DNA of 64,000 nucleotides, from positions 35,278,001 to 35,342,000 of the forward strand of contig OZ024754.1 of assembly GCA_964016885.1 (NCBI GenBank). The letters are read 5' to 3'. Below are positions 13,114-27,652 of the stretch, piece by piece. The first letter of the stretch is position 1. Each line of letters opens with the position of its first letter. Below the pieces are notes generated by a model, which was not told the origin of the DNA, ran no database searches, and worked only from the letters and a program-made list of their open reading frames with translations. The translations under genes were made by a program, and so were the position numbers. This DNA comes from Eledone cirrhosa (lineage: Eukaryota).

Positions 13114-13689
13114 AATAATGATTTCTAGTACAGGCACAAGGCGAGTAATTTCGGGAGAGGGGTAAGTCGATTAATTCGACCTCAGTACATTACTGGTACT
13201 TTATTTTGTCGACCCCCGCAAGGGTGAAAGGCAAAGTTAACCTCAGCGGGATTTGAACTCAGACCGTAAAGGACCGTAACTCTATGCTGCAAAGCATGGT
13301 GTCCGACTCTCTACCGATACTGCCAAAATAATAATAATAATGGTTTCTAGTACAGGCACAAGGCCAGCAATTTTGGGGGAGGGGAAAGTCAATTGAATAG
13401 ACCCCAGTGCATTACTGGTGCTTTATTTTATCAACCCTGTAAGGATGAAAAGCAAAGTTTACCTCAGCGGGATTTGAACGCAGACCGTAAAGGGTCGTAA
13501 CTCTATGCTGCAAAGCATGATGTCCGACACGCTATCGATACTGCCAATCCACAATAATCGTTTCTGATTTAGGCACAAGGCCAACAATTTGCGGGGAGGG
13601 GAAAGTCAATTAAATCGACCCAGTACATTACTGGTACTTTATTTTATCGACCCCGTAAAGGATGAAAAGCAAAGTTAACCTCGGCGGGA
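13114..13689 (-). mobile_element. Three tandem Nin/Deu-like SINE copies
   Basis: Units at ~13114-13327, 13338-13551 and 13553-13689, with the longer GGGGAGGGGAAAGTC tail variant. Confidence 0.85.
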
Positions 13690-14503
13690 AAATAACAATA
13701 ATCATTGTCTTGTCCAGTAAAACACCCGCTGAGTAAGCAAGAGTTTTCTCCCTTGTTCATTCCGTCCTTTCAACTAAAGATCAAAGGAATTGAGCCGCGA
13801 GCATTCTGTCTATATAGCGGTGTCTATGACATAGGTCAGTGATGGTATGATAGGATGAAGAAATGGCTGCTATTTCTAGCAGGCCGAGCGACCACGTAGA
13901 AACTCATTCAGATGGCTACAGTCCTTGTTTATTTATTTGATGATCTATACTAAGTGTATTAGACACACACTTACACATACAGACAGACATACACATACAT
14001 ACAGACACACACTTACACATACAGACAGACACACACTTACACATACAGACAGACACACACTTACACACAGACAGACACACACACATACAGACAAACACAC
14101 ACTTACACATACAGACAAACACACACTTACACATACAGACAGACACATATATGTACAATGATATACATATCCACATATAGACACAAACAAACACACGTAC
14201 AAGCATAAATGTACACACACACACTCACACACACACACACACACGTACAAACATAAATGTACACCCACACATCACACACACTCACACATGTACAAGCATA
14301 AATGTACACCCACACATCACACACACTCACACATGTACAAGCATAAATGTACACACACACACTCACACACGTACAACATATAGGCACACACGTACAACCA
14401 TAGACACATAATATAAACAGACATACGAACACACACACGCACTTACAAACTGACACACACAGAGATACACACGCCTTCACATGTACACATGCACTTACAA
14501 ACT

Positions 14504-14539
<36 letters not shown>

Positions 14540-14739
14540 CACACAGGCACACATGGGCGCAGACACACGCATACACAGTGGAAGCCAATTATAATATTCA
14601 TGGATAGAATGTTGTCAAAATTAGTTATCACAACCCCCTCCAAGATTGTATGTCTTCCTCTGCTCAGGGACGCCATATTAACACATGCCAGAGCCCCTGG
14701 TCCCTACAAGCTCTCAAGATTTCAGCCTAACCTTCCTTA

Positions 14740-14959
14740 ATAATGGTTTCGTATACAGACACAAGGTCAGCAATTTTTGGGGAGGGGAAAGTCAATTAGA
14801 TCGACCCCAGTGCGTGACTGGTATTTTATTTTATCGACCCCGTAAGGATGAAAGGCAAAGTTAACCTCAGCGGGATTTCAACTCAGATCATAAAGGGCCG
14901 TAACTCTATGCTGCAAAGCATGGCATCCGACCCTCCACCGATACTGCCAATCCGCCGCC
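14740..14959 (-). mobile_element. Nin/Deu-like SINE
   Basis: Matches the other copies, including the GGCGGCGGATTGGCAG 5' end. Confidence 0.85.
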
Positions 14960-15185
14960 CTCAGTCATCCAGCATTTAAAACGGTCATATGGTCCGAATT
15001 CTCTCACCACTTTCTGTTCAAACCGGCTGTAAGCTGCCACTCATATTGATATTAAGGTATTGTTCTCAAAATAAATAATATCAAAATCTCATAGAATCGA
15101 TATTATGTGAGACAGTTATGTGAGGTAAAGCCTTTACCATGAAAATATAATAGTATATATAGAGAAATGTAAATACTAAAGGGTT

Positions 15186-15369
15186 AATAATTGTTTCTAC
15201 GTTAGGCACAAGGCCAGCAATAACCCAGTGCATTACTGGTACTTTATTTTATCGACCCCGTAAGGATGAAAGGCAAAGTCAACCTCGGCGGGATTTGAAC
15301 TCAGACCGTAAAGGGACGTAACTATGCTGGAAAGCATGGCGTCCGACCCTCTACCGATACTGCCAATCA
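15186..15369 (-). mobile_element. Nin/Deu-like SINE
   Basis: Matches the other copies. Confidence 0.85.
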
Positions 15370-15464
15370 TATAATAATTGCTTGAGTTCGTTTGTAGATA
15401 GCATTGGAGTTCTTTTGCGTTTGTCTTTGGGCAATTAAGTCATGCATGAGTTAGTGTGCGTTTT

Positions 15465-15546
<82 letters not shown>

Positions 15547-15626
15547 GAGAGACGGGGAGAGAAGGAGGAGAGAGTGAGAGGAGAACGAGGGAGTAATAGA
15601 GGGTGAGGAGGGGAGAGAGACACAAT

Positions 15627-15662
<36 letters not shown>

Positions 15663-15839
15663 CGAGGGGGATGATCTTATCCTTTTACACAAGTAGATAG
15701 CTATAGATTAGGCAGCTGTTGCATTTTGCATAAAATACATCGACAGCCTTTGTAATAGCTACACCCACATTCACGGCCAGCTCTTGAAACCTGCTTTGTC
15801 TTTATATATATATACACTATATATATATATATATATATA

Positions 15840-15877
<38 letters not shown>

Positions 15878-15923
15878 TATATATATATATATATACACTA
15901 TATATATATATATTTACAATATA

Positions 15924-16109
15924 TAATTGTTTCTACTTTAGGCACAAGGCCAGCAATTAACCAGTGTATTACTGGTACTTTATTTTATCGACCCCGTAAG
16001 GATGAAAGGCAAAGTTAACCTCGGCGGGATTTGAACTCAGAATGGCAAGGGCCGTAACTCTATGCGTCAAAGCATGGCGTCCGACCCTCTACCGATACTG
16101 CCAATCCAC
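15924..16109 (-). mobile_element. Nin/Deu-like SINE
   Basis: Matches the other copies. Confidence 0.85.
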
Positions 16110-16126
16110 CTATTATATAGATATGC

Positions 16127-16500
16127 TAAAATGGGGTTCCTTGCGAAAATTCTTTGGAGTAACGTCACTCGATATAGTGCGTAGCTCGTAGGTCAGGGAG
16201 TCGCTTTAGATAGAGCCTCTACTTCTCCGAATTGAGAGATCACAGCTCCGATACTATGGGGAGCTGGTTAGAATGTCTCAGGAAAGAATTGCAGGACAGA
16301 TTTTATGGACAAAACCAACCGGCGGGAGACCCAAGGGTAGACACCGAACAAGATGATTGGATAACATCCATGAGCTTGGCTGGTCTCGCTTGGGGATCCA
16401 GCTCAATCAATTGGAAACGACGGTTGTTTCTGATAACAGTCTCACGAAGGCGTGTTTAAGTACTCTACTCCCACGATCTTTCCAGGAATAAGTGGGCGAT
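16127..16500 (+). pseudogene. Decayed RTE-clade (Rex3/Expander-like) LINE ORF C-terminus
   Basis: Manual translation with stops: ..IEPLLLRIERSQLRYYGELVRMSQERIAGQILWTKPTGGRPKGRHRTR*LDNI.., an RTE C-terminal signature. Confidence 0.75.
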
Positions 16501-16659
16501 GATGTAGAAAAAGAAATGAAAAACAACAACAAAAATAAACCAGAAAGAAATAGATGCTTTCACAGGGTTTGTGAGTAAAATTCGACAGTCCTAAATATAC
16601 GAGCGAAAAAACTATATATTTTCGTCTGTCCCAAAGTCCAACAGTAGGAAGAGGGAATC

Positions 16660-16703
16660 ATTGTTCTGGTGAGAACCATTTAAGTTCGAAATGCATAGAC
16701 AAT
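16660..16703 (+). ncRNA. Minimal hammerhead motif with A6G core change (family M; element ~16560-16815)
   Basis: AUUGUU-CUGGUGA-GAAC(CAUUUAA)GUUC-GAAA-UGCA-UA-GACAAU: 6-bp helix I, 4-bp stem II, palindromic AUGCAU. Degenerate homologue at ~46620-46655. Confidence 0.65.
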
Positions 16704-17112
16704 TATCCCCCTTGCTTCTGCCAGACTCCGCTCGGCGGCTCTGCCGTCAGTCTTCTATTCATATACATATTTTTATACAGCTATATCGAAGCTGAATTGT
16801 AATTCTACTTTAATATATATATATTTTTATGAAATGGTATAGTTTAGTTTAATCAAGGGTGAAAATATGAACATCGCTTTTTCTCCTAATGTCGCGTAAA
16901 ATAAATGTGTAACCAAACACGGGTGTAGATTTAAGCAACTGTACTCCCAGTAGCAATCTGTAGCTTTGTGTTTAAGGTTAGAAATCCTATCATATGAATT
17001 TGCCACTAATAATAATTGAATAAATAAGCTAAGTAAAGTCCATTTTCATTCAAAATTATAAATAAGCTATCGATTGAATAATAGAAATACACACACACAC
17101 TCACACACACAC

Positions 17113-17143
<31 letters not shown>

Positions 17144-17399
17144 TATATATTAATAAAAGGAATTCCAACTTTGTCTGATTTACTCGTTTTATTTACAATC
17201 CTTTAAAATTTATAATGGTATTAGAATGAAATAGTATGGTAGAATATTAAATATTAAATGTTAATTGAACAAGTACTTTCATGCTTTCGCAATCTTCAGG
17301 TTCATATTCTGTGGTGACAGTCAAGTTTGCAATTTTCAACTTCTATACACAATCATACACACCCGTGTATATTTATTTCTATCTATCTATATATCAGCC

Positions 17400-17643
17400 T
17401 GTAGGTTGAGGAAAAGGAGGAGGAGAGGAAAGGAGTACAAACTCTTCGTACTCCTGGAGATGAGGGTTGCACATTTTTTTCGGGGGTATGTGTTACCCAT
17501 AAAAACTGTCTCCCCCTATTGGGGAAAATCGACTAACTTTTTAAATTGCATTTGTGATAACATTTTACACGTTTTTATTGTATGTAAACTTCCCCCTTTG
17601 TATTTGTCCCCTTCTTTTGTGCCCCTGTGGCTAATAAAGAAAC
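17400..17643 (+). mobile_element. Tx1/L1-like LINE 3' UTR fragment
   Basis: Homologous to 6810-7090; AATAAA then (TATC)n. Confidence 0.6.
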
Positions 17644-17644
17644 A

Positions 17645-17780
<136 letters not shown>

Positions 17781-17783
17781 GAA

Positions 17784-17818
<35 letters not shown>

Positions 17819-17994
17819 GAAATATATATATGGTTAGAACACCAAAGAGATGTATGATTATGATGACGATGACGAAGGGGAGGGGCGGGGGGGGGGGGGG
17901 GTGATGATGATGATGATGAGGATGATTATGCGAGGGATTGTGATGGTGGAGATTGTTGTGATGGTAGTGATGGTGATGATTATGCGTGGGCTGT

Positions 17995-18031
<37 letters not shown>

Positions 18032-18156
18032 TCCCTTATGAGGTTGACTTGCTGTAGCATTCAATATTTACATACAACAACAATGAATTACAATATCGCT
18101 TTTCTCTGAACGCTTCAGCGCAACAAACAAACAAACAAACAAACAAACAAACAAAA

Positions 18157-18191
<35 letters not shown>

Positions 18192-18706
18192 ACAAATAAC
18201 GATTACATATTTATGAATGGTTCATAGATTTTCCTTTTCTATAAACGATTGATTTTTGTTCAGTTCTCTCTTAGTTATGAATCGAAGTGAGGCAGATTAT
18301 TTTCCATCCCTTTGACTTTCTATGGAACAATTGTAATGGCCGCTTGGTAAAGATAGTCAACGATCACATGAAATGTGACCAAAATTACACACTATATCAG
18401 ATAAAAAAATTTAACAAAAACTACTCTTCAGGTAACGAAGCCACCGCCGAAACTATAATAATCCCCAGAAGACAGCTGATGAGCAGGAATTGTCCATGTG
18501 CTTGTCGCTTCCGAGTTATCTGTTTCTTGTATATGTTCCATGTGGTTTTTGTAACCCACACAACCTAATTTAAAAATCTAACCAGAATCTACAAGTGTAC
18601 AAAAATGGACTAGACTGTAAATAGAATACAGCCATCGTTTTCTTGTTTTCCTTCGGTTGCAACTTTTTTCGAAATATTTACTTCTGCGTTCACAGATTGA
18701 TTTTTT

Positions 18707-18765
18707 TTAAAGTTTCAGAAGATCCCGTTAAGGGTGAAAGCAGCGATCCTTTGTTTAAAATTTAA
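18707..18765 (+). ncRNA. Hammerhead motif with CAGAAGA (U4A) core (family H)
   Basis: UUAAAGUUU-CAGAAGA-U-CCC(GUUAA)GGG-U-GAAA-GCAG..UUGU-UU-AAAAUUUAA. Helix I has 8 of 9 pairs; the family consensus AAACUUUAA gives 9 of 9. Confidence 0.65.
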
Positions 18766-18911
18766 TCTGTTATTTTAATAAATATATATATATATATAAC
18801 GTCCAAAACGTTAAGACCCTCTTCCTGCTATTTCAAGCGTTAACCTAATATATTCCTCCCATATACCGATTGTTTTCTTATTTCACACACACACACACAC
18901 AAACACACACT

Positions 18912-18958
<47 letters not shown>

Positions 18959-19027
18959 GGTAAACAGATATATATATATAGAAAAGCTTTCTACAGGACT
19001 AGAACTGTTTGATTCGGGAGAAATCAT

Positions 19028-19085
<58 letters not shown>

Positions 19086-19106
19086 ATACACACACACACA
19101 CACACA

Positions 19107-19284
<178 letters not shown>

Positions 19285-19337
19285 TATATATATATATATA
19301 CACATATATATATATACACATACACATATATATATAT

Positions 19338-19396
<59 letters not shown>

Positions 19397-19645
19397 CATA
19401 TATATATCTATCTATATATATCTATATCTATATATATATAGTATTAAGGATACTATTTATGGTTATGTATGTAATAAAGCCTTTTATGGTTATATATTTT
19501 TATACAAACCCTAAATAGTGAAAGATAGTCATTAATTACTATCTTATTACCAGTAAGATAAATAGCTCAATGTAGTAACATCTGTTGTTTTACAGAGCAG
19601 CTATATAGAGATTACAATAATCAAAGTTTAGTTTAAATCATTTAT

Positions 19646-19694
19646 TTGCTTACAATTGTTTCCTCCAAACCGAGGTTTGGATTCTTCGGAGCAA
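19646..19694 (-). ncRNA. Hammerhead motif with CCGAAGA (U4C) core (family E; element ~19439-19806)
   Basis: UUGCU-CCGAAGA-A-UCCAAAC(CUCG)GUUUGGA-G-GAAA-CAAUUG-UA-AGCAA. Confidence 0.72.
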
Positions 19695-19803
19695 CTATTA
19701 AGTGATCTATAACATACTTGACCTCCTTTTCAACACAAGAGACATATAAAAACATATGCATATATTGACCCACAGTGGGATGACATCCATCAAAATGATA
19801 TAG

Positions 19804-19875
<72 letters not shown>

Positions 19876-20066
19876 ATATGTATAGTGTATCTGTATTTTT
19901 ATCTATCTATCTATCTATATATATAGTATATCTATATAGTATATACCTATATATTTATCTATCTATCTACATATATATATAGTATATCTATATAGTATAT
20001 ATCTATATATTTATCTATCTATCTACATATATATATAGTATATCTATATAGCATATATCTATATAT

Positions 20067-20110
<44 letters not shown>

Positions 20111-20263
20111 ATCTCTCTCTCTCTATATATATATATATACACATATACGCTATATAAGTGTGTGTGTATTTGTATAGCTCTAATTATAAGTGTCTTTAGT
20201 AAAACAAAGACTGTTTGCCAAACAAAAAAAAAACACTGAAAGTGGTAGAACAGGATTTGTCTA

Positions 20264-20300
<37 letters not shown>

Positions 20301-20371
20301 TGTGTGCGCGTGTGTGCGCGTGTGTGTGTATATATACAATCTTTAAATTCTATGTTAAGTTATATGCTTTA

Positions 20372-20430
<59 letters not shown>

Positions 20431-20804
20431 TGGTACTGGTAAAACAGGATTTGTTTAATATATATAGTAGTGTTGGTGGTGGTGGCAGTAGTAGTAGTAG
20501 TAAAGAGAGAATAGAAAGAGAGGAAGGAAGGATAATTGGAGTGAAGTGTATCATGAGAGAGAAAGAGAAAAAGAGAGGAATAAACACTCACACACACATA
20601 CTCAAACACACTCTCACACACATACTCAAACACACTCACACACAAACACATTCACACATACACACGCTCTCACACACTAACACACACACATACTCAAACA
20701 CACTCTCACACTCACTCAAACACACTCACACACATTCACACATACACACGCTCTCTCTCTCTCTCTTACACACATACTCACACACACTCACTCAAACACA
20801 AACA

Positions 20805-20873
<69 letters not shown>

Positions 20874-22049
20874 TGCAATGCACATCTGTGGTCTTCTATC
20901 CATTTATAGTAAGGGGAAATAATTATCAATAAAAATAAAAATATAAAAAATAACAATTAAAATCTTTATAAAAAACCGTAAAATATAGTAAAGTAAAGCA
21001 ACAACTACAACAACTACAACAACAACTACATCAACAACAACAACTACATCAACTACATCAACAACAACAACAACAACAACAGCAATAGTGGCAACAAAGA
21101 CAACATCAACTACAACAACAATAACAACAACAGAAACAACTACATCATAAAAAAACAACAGCATCAGCTACATCAACAACAACAACAACAACAATGACCA
21201 CAGCATCAGTAACAACATCATCAACAACAACAACTGCAGCAACACCATTAACAACAACAACAACAGTAACAACAACAGCAACAGCAAGAACCACAACAAA
21301 AACAACAACATCAAGAACCGCAACAGCAACGTCATCAACAACAAGAACAACAACAGCCAGTAAAATAAATGAATGGAACAAACAACAACAACAACAACAA
21401 CAACTGCAGCAACACCATTAACAACAACAACAACAACAGTAACAACAACAGCAACAGCAAGAACCACAACAAAAACAGCCAGAAAAGTAACGTCAACAGT
21501 AACAACAACAACAACAACAACAACAACGACCACAGCATCAGTAACAACAACAACAACAACATCAAGAACCGCAACAGCAACGTCATCAACAACAAGAACA
21601 ACAACAGCCAGTAAAATAAATGAATGGAACAAACAACAACAACAACAACAACAAAAACAACAAGATTGTAAAAATGAAAGAATAGAAATAGTAAGAGAAA
21701 TTAAAATCAATCAGTGGTTCGATAGATGAGAAGGATCTATACATTGATCTATAATATAGACACAAGGCGCCGAACTAAGCCAGTCGCCTTGGCAGAGAAG
21801 ATTAAATCACAGCACTGTAAGCCGGAATAACAGCTTCTTTAATCATTTTAACCAGCCTGGTCAAATAATTCACTAATCTTCTTAGAACTCTAAAACATGA
21901 CTGTAACAATCAAGGACGTGTTAACCAGTGACCCAACCATTAGGGTTTTTCATCTATTTCGGCGCCCTCGCCTCTGGTATTTCAATATTTCATTCCATTA
22001 CGGCAAAAACATAAATTGGTGGTCCCTACTCTCTGTAGGGCGTCAGCCT

Positions 22050-22730
22050 AGTCAGCCTGCCACATCGTGTTGTTGTTACAGCTCACACATATGTAGGGTT
22101 AGCTGGTCTTATACGAGGTTGTATATCATCAGTGCTGAATTTACCATTGTGTGTTTAAGCATAGGACTCCGTTGGCTAGAGGAGGAGAGGCATCTTCCTG
22201 CCCAAATATTTTTTACGATGAACTTTTCAAATGTTTGGGGCCTCATAATTTAACTAGCACAGGGCCTCATTTGTCCTAAATCCGGCATTGTATATCATAG
22301 GAAGTTTTTCGGGTCTTATCATGTTGTTGTTGTTACATCTCTCCCCTATGTAGGGTTAGCTGTGTCTCATACGAGGTTGTGTATCATAGGAGGTTTTTCG
22401 AATATTTTAATGATAGGACCTCAGTTTGTACAGCTCACACCTAAGGAAGGCTGCTGGTCTCTTACGAAATTATATCTCATAGGAGGTCCCTCGGGTATTT
22501 TAATGATAGGGCCTCAGTCCTTTTTTGTTGCTGTGTTTACAGCTCACACCTATGGAAGGTTAGCTGGTCTCTTACGAGATTGTATCTCATAGGAGGGCTC
22601 TCAGGTATTTTAATGATAGGTACCTCAGTCCTGTCATGTCGTTATAGCTCACACCTATGTAGGGTTAGCTAACCTCATACAAGGTTTATCTCATAAGAGG
22701 TTTCTTCTGTGTTTTAATGATAAGGGCTCT
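22050..22730. repeat. Diverged ~95-110 bp tandem repeat
   Basis: Recurring CAGCTCACACCTATG...TTAGCTGGTCT...ATCTCATAGGAGG...TTTTAATGATAGG. Confidence 0.8.
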
Positions 22731-22913
22731 AGTTCAATCATGAAAGGGAAGGTTAAGAGCCTTGCTCAAGAACATAACACGCCGCCCAGTTCATGAATAG
22801 AACTCACTACTTCACGAACGTCTGTTCAACACCCTAACCGCGAATAAATACACAAGTAAATAACATATCACGTGTCTAATTGTACAGGGAGTTGCTAGCG
22901 AGAAAGACAGACA

Positions 22914-22961
<48 letters not shown>

Positions 22962-22962
22962 A

Positions 22963-23152
22963 AGGATCGATCGACTTTCGTCAAATCGGACCGAGGAAAC
23001 AACGTTTTCGTCGGTTTTTCCAGTTGCTAATACTCTCTCGCGGTCGTAACGTGAAATAAAGTGTCTTGCTCAAGGACATAACGCATCGCCCGGTCAAGGA
23101 ATCGAACTCACGACCTCAAGATTGTGTATCCAATTCTCTAGCCACTCAACCA
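22963..23152 (-). mobile_element. tRNA-derived CORE-like SINE with hairpin-rich tail
   Basis: A box TGGTTGAGTGG, B box GAGTTCGATTCC, GTCCTTGAGCAAGACACT; same family at 26266-26490 and 42917-43136. Confidence 0.8.
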
Positions 23153-23172
23153 TATAGATAGATATATAGATA

Positions 23173-23207
<35 letters not shown>

Positions 23208-23652
23208 CTCCTCCTCCTCCTTCTTCCCGTTTGACCTGTGCGTAATTCTTTTCTTTCGCACCCTTGGTCTGGCAAGTCGCTTTTTTTCTCTCTCTCTCGT
23301 CTACGATTTCACAGAACTTACGTTCACCGAAATCACAGACTAGATCCCTTCTTCCTCCCGTTAGACCTGTACGGAATTCCTTCCTTGCTCACATTCCAAC
23401 CAGGTTTGATGGTCTTTATTCTCTCTCGTTCACGATTTCACCGAATTTAAATTCATAGAAATTTGGGACTTGACTCCTTCTTCCTCACTTTCTGTTGCTT
23501 CACCATTTTGTTTGTTTACACTCGCGTCCCCTTTAATTACGTGTCCCAACGACTTTTTTTAGCCGTTGCTCGCACCAACCGGAGGTATATGGTCTTTAAA
23601 GCGATGAAATACCAATGATGGTTGGAATATCACTGATGAAGGACTAACTTTA

Positions 23653-23728
<76 letters not shown>

Positions 23729-24850
23729 TAGATAGATATATAGATAGATATATAGATAGTCTCTACAGAGATGTTAGTACCATGGCTATGTACTAATATT
23801 TCCAAAGATGTACAATATTTGAGGCGCACCAACTTCCCTAACGATGTATAACAATAGCTCTGTACCAATCTCACAAACGATGCACAACAAAAATCCTTTG
23901 TTTTTGTGTAGAAAGCCATGTTTTGCGATAGTTTCTTGCCAAAGAATAGACAGTCTTTACAGAAATGGCTTAGAAACTGTTCGATAAATTGACTGTTATA
24001 ACGGTCGATACATCGATAGCTTAATATACGTATAGCTGTGCATTCCCATGTGTGTGTAAGTGTGTGTTTGTAAGTGTGTGTTTGTAAGTGCGTGCGCGTA
24101 TGAGTTGTATATGTATTTAGGCACAAGACTAGAAAATGGTGAGAGCAAAATGTCAATTATATCGACTCCAGTACATTACTGGTACTTTATATTTTATCAA
24201 CCTCGCAAGGATGAAAGACAAAACTTATCTCGGAAGGATGAAAGGCAAAGCTGACCTCTTTAGAATTTGAACAAAGGATGTAAAAACGCGGAGCAAATGC
24301 TATCGCCCTTGTTTATGTAAGTAATTAAAAGGCGCTGGTATGGCTGTGTGGTTAAGTAATTTGTTGTGTAACCACAGTTCAAGGACCAATATCCCCTAAT
24401 GTTTGACGGCACCTGGTACAGATTCCTTTTGTTATAGTCACGGATTGACAGATACATTTCCGCTAATGTTTAATGTCACTTTATGTCTTGTAACATAGCA
24501 GTTCAATAATAGAAATCGATAAAAATAAGTAGCAGGAGGAAATAAGTTGTGGTGTCCATTCAAAATAGTTTTCAAAAATGGCTGCAGTCTAATGGCTAAA
24601 ACCAGTAAAAGAATGAAGTATGTACGTTTATTCTTTTACCTCTTTCTTTTACTGGCTTCCATCATTGACTAAATAAAATTGAAATATATATTGAAAAAAA
24701 AAAAAAGCAATGATAAACTACTTTAACCGGTTTTCAATATAATATAAACAACCGCAGAGAAATAGGTAATCGTGAGGCTTATATACTCTATCATCGTAAT
24801 ATCCTGAAATCGGCGTATGAATTTGCATATTATTAGCACTCATGTTGGTA

Positions 24851-24943
<93 letters not shown>

Positions 24944-24973
24944 AGATCAAAAGATGGTTAAAAGAGTTCCAAG

Positions 24974-25044
24974 TATTTTATTATGCGCATTTCAAAAACA
25001 AATATCATCATGGGATGATATCTGCGTTCTCATCAGATAAAATA
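24974..25044 (-). ncRNA. Type I hammerhead ribozyme motif (family D; element ~24937-25132)
   Basis: UAUUUUAU-CUGAUGA-16-bp stem II with CCAU loop-GAAA-UGCGCA-UA-AUAAAAUA; palindromic AUGCGCAU. Confidence 0.9.
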
Positions 25045-25130
25045 GGCAGACATGATATGAAGCTTAAAAAACACTTGTGAGCAGTGAAGTTTTGCATTGC
25101 TTTATTGTGCTACAATAAAACTCACCTCCT

Positions 25131-25194
<64 letters not shown>

Positions 25195-25570
25195 TAGAAA
25201 GAGTCGGGGCCCGGACGGCTGAGCTTTTGCTGTTTTAATAGCTAATAGTCATACTCTACTATCCTAAGTATCGACTATTCTGTTGAATAATGGTCTAACT
25301 AGTTTAAAACTGGTATATAATATATATTAAAATAAGAGATTAGTCTTCACATTTATTATTATTACATCCCGCCGAGGTTAACTTTGCCTTCCATCCTTAC
25401 GGGGTCGATAAAATAAAGTACCAGTAATGCACTGGGTAATTGCTGGCCTTGTGCCAAAAGTAGAAACAATTATTATTACTATATATATATATATATATAG
25501 CTAGCTCAAGAAATGATAAGGCAATCACATGCAAAACCATAAAAGGCTTATTAGTATCAGGCTTAGGAGG

Positions 25571-25659
<89 letters not shown>

Positions 25660-26265
25660 CTTGAGAAATAATTGCGTACATTCGGAGAGGATTCATCGAA
25701 AATAGTTCATTCTCATATAACAAAGCCGGTTGTTCTGCAGACGACAGTAGGGCGGCGTAAGCTGCTGTAGTGCGTATGTTGCCGATCTTGAAAGATGTGA
25801 CTACACGCTCATAATATAGTGCTATGTTTTCCTTCTCGTTAGATATAGATGTAATTCGATTTTAGAACATTAAAACATCGATAACGACTGACATATACCC
25901 AGCCATACAGCAGAGAGATCTTTGTAAGTAAATATGTATATAGAAACACACACATACACACACGTATACATACACACAATCGCACATTCACACACACATT
26001 CAGACACACATGCAGCACACACAGACATACACAAAATGACACACACATGCCAACACAAGCAAATATATGCGTGTCATAAGTGAATACGTTCGTGTGTGTT
26101 TGTTCTTTGACACCTGTGAAGGTATTTTCTAATGAGTGAGGTATATATGCACGTATTACGTACAGACGCGCGTGTGTGACACATGCACTGTGTGTGTGTG
26201 TGTGCGTGTGTCTGTGTATCCGACTGGTTATATCAGCATTTGGACTTGTTTATGCATTACCAAGC

Positions 26266-26490
26266 GGAGGCGCGTGGCTGAGTGGTTAGAGAACTGGATT
26301 CAGAATCGTGAGGTTGTGAGTTCGATTCCCGAACCGGGCGATGTGTTATGTCCTTGAGCAAGACACTTTATTTTCACGTTGCTCCTTCTACCTGAAGTTG
26401 CGACCGATAGATAGTATTAGCAATAAGAAAGACCAATGGAAACTTTGTTTCCTCGGTCCGATTTGACGAAAGTCGATCGACAGTCGATGC
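26266..26490 (+). mobile_element. tRNA-derived CORE-like SINE
   Basis: TGGCTGAGTGG A box, GAGTTCGATTCC B box, GTCCTTGAGCAAGACACT. Confidence 0.82.
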
Positions 26491-27279
26491 ATTACCAAAG
26501 GGTTTCGTGGGCGTAATTATGTTTAACCCCTTCAGATGCTTTTACAACTGTCTTCTTTGGTTTGGAACCACATTTATAACCCCTAATATCAATGCTACTA
26601 GAGTCACTACTACCACTACCTTTACTACTATTACCACCACAACCACCAAACACCCACACCTACACCCCTATTGGTAATTGGTAGGTTGGTTGGTTGGCTG
26701 GTTGGCTGCCTGGATGGCTGCTTGGGTAATTGGTTGGTTGGCTGTCTGGTTGGCTAATTGGTTGGTTGGCAGGATGATTGGTTGGTGGGCAGGTTGGTTG
26801 GCTGGTTGGTTGGTTGGCAGGCTGGTTGGTTGGCAGGTTGGTTGGTTGGTAGGTAATTGGTTGGTGGTTGGCTGATTGGTTGGCAGGTTGGTTGGTTGGT
26901 TGGCTGATTGGTTGGTTGGCTGGTTGGTTGGGTAATTGGTTGGTGGTTGGCTGATTGGCTGATTGGTTGGCAGGCTGGTTGGTTGGTTGGATGATTGGTT
27001 GGTTGGCAGGTTGGTTAGCTAGTTGATTGGTTAGTTGGCAGGCTGGTTGGTTGGGCTGACTGGGTAGCTGGTTGGTTAGTTGGTTGATTGGTTGGTTAAA
27101 TATTTTCATTTGCTATTCATGACGTCATATAGACCCCCTCCCCCTCCCCTCCCCACCACCGCCACCGCCACCACAGCCAATCTTCCTCTACTGCTGCCTT
27201 GTTCCAATGAAACACAGCAATAGTAGCACAACTAGTGCAGGGTACAATAGATAGTAACAGTGGTTGTGGTGCTGATAAT

Positions 27280-27349
<70 letters not shown>

Positions 27350-27621
27350 TGTGTGAGTGTGTGAGTGTGTTTGTATGTATGTAGGTGTGTATGTATTTAC
27401 ATGTGTATGTGTGTATGTGTGTGTGTGTGTAGGTGTGTTTGTATGTATGTAGGTGTGTATGTATTTACATGTGTATGTGTGTGTGTGTGTGTAGGTGTGT
27501 TTGTATGTATGTAGGTGTGTAAGTATGTATTTACATGTGTATGTATGTATGTGTGTGTGTGTGTGTGTGTGTAGGTGTGTTTGTATGTATGTAGGTGTGT
27601 AAGTATGTATTTACATGTGTA

Positions 27622-27652
<31 letters not shown>

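Noticed and set aside
14575-14740. Possible host exon (similar unique patches at 34160-34300 and 44720-44910)
   Set aside because: No recognisable protein similarity or convincing splice-site pair.
23520-23655. Repeat family (also 45315-45500 and 56125-56330) containing CTGA(T/C)GA and GAAA
   Set aside because: Neither register gives a valid hammerhead: one has A9U and a G at the cleavage position, the other has no helix I. Left as an unclassified repeat.
26266-26340. tRNA gene candidates in SINE heads
   Set aside because: A and B boxes are present but there is no acceptor stem or cloverleaf, and they run directly into SINE bodies.
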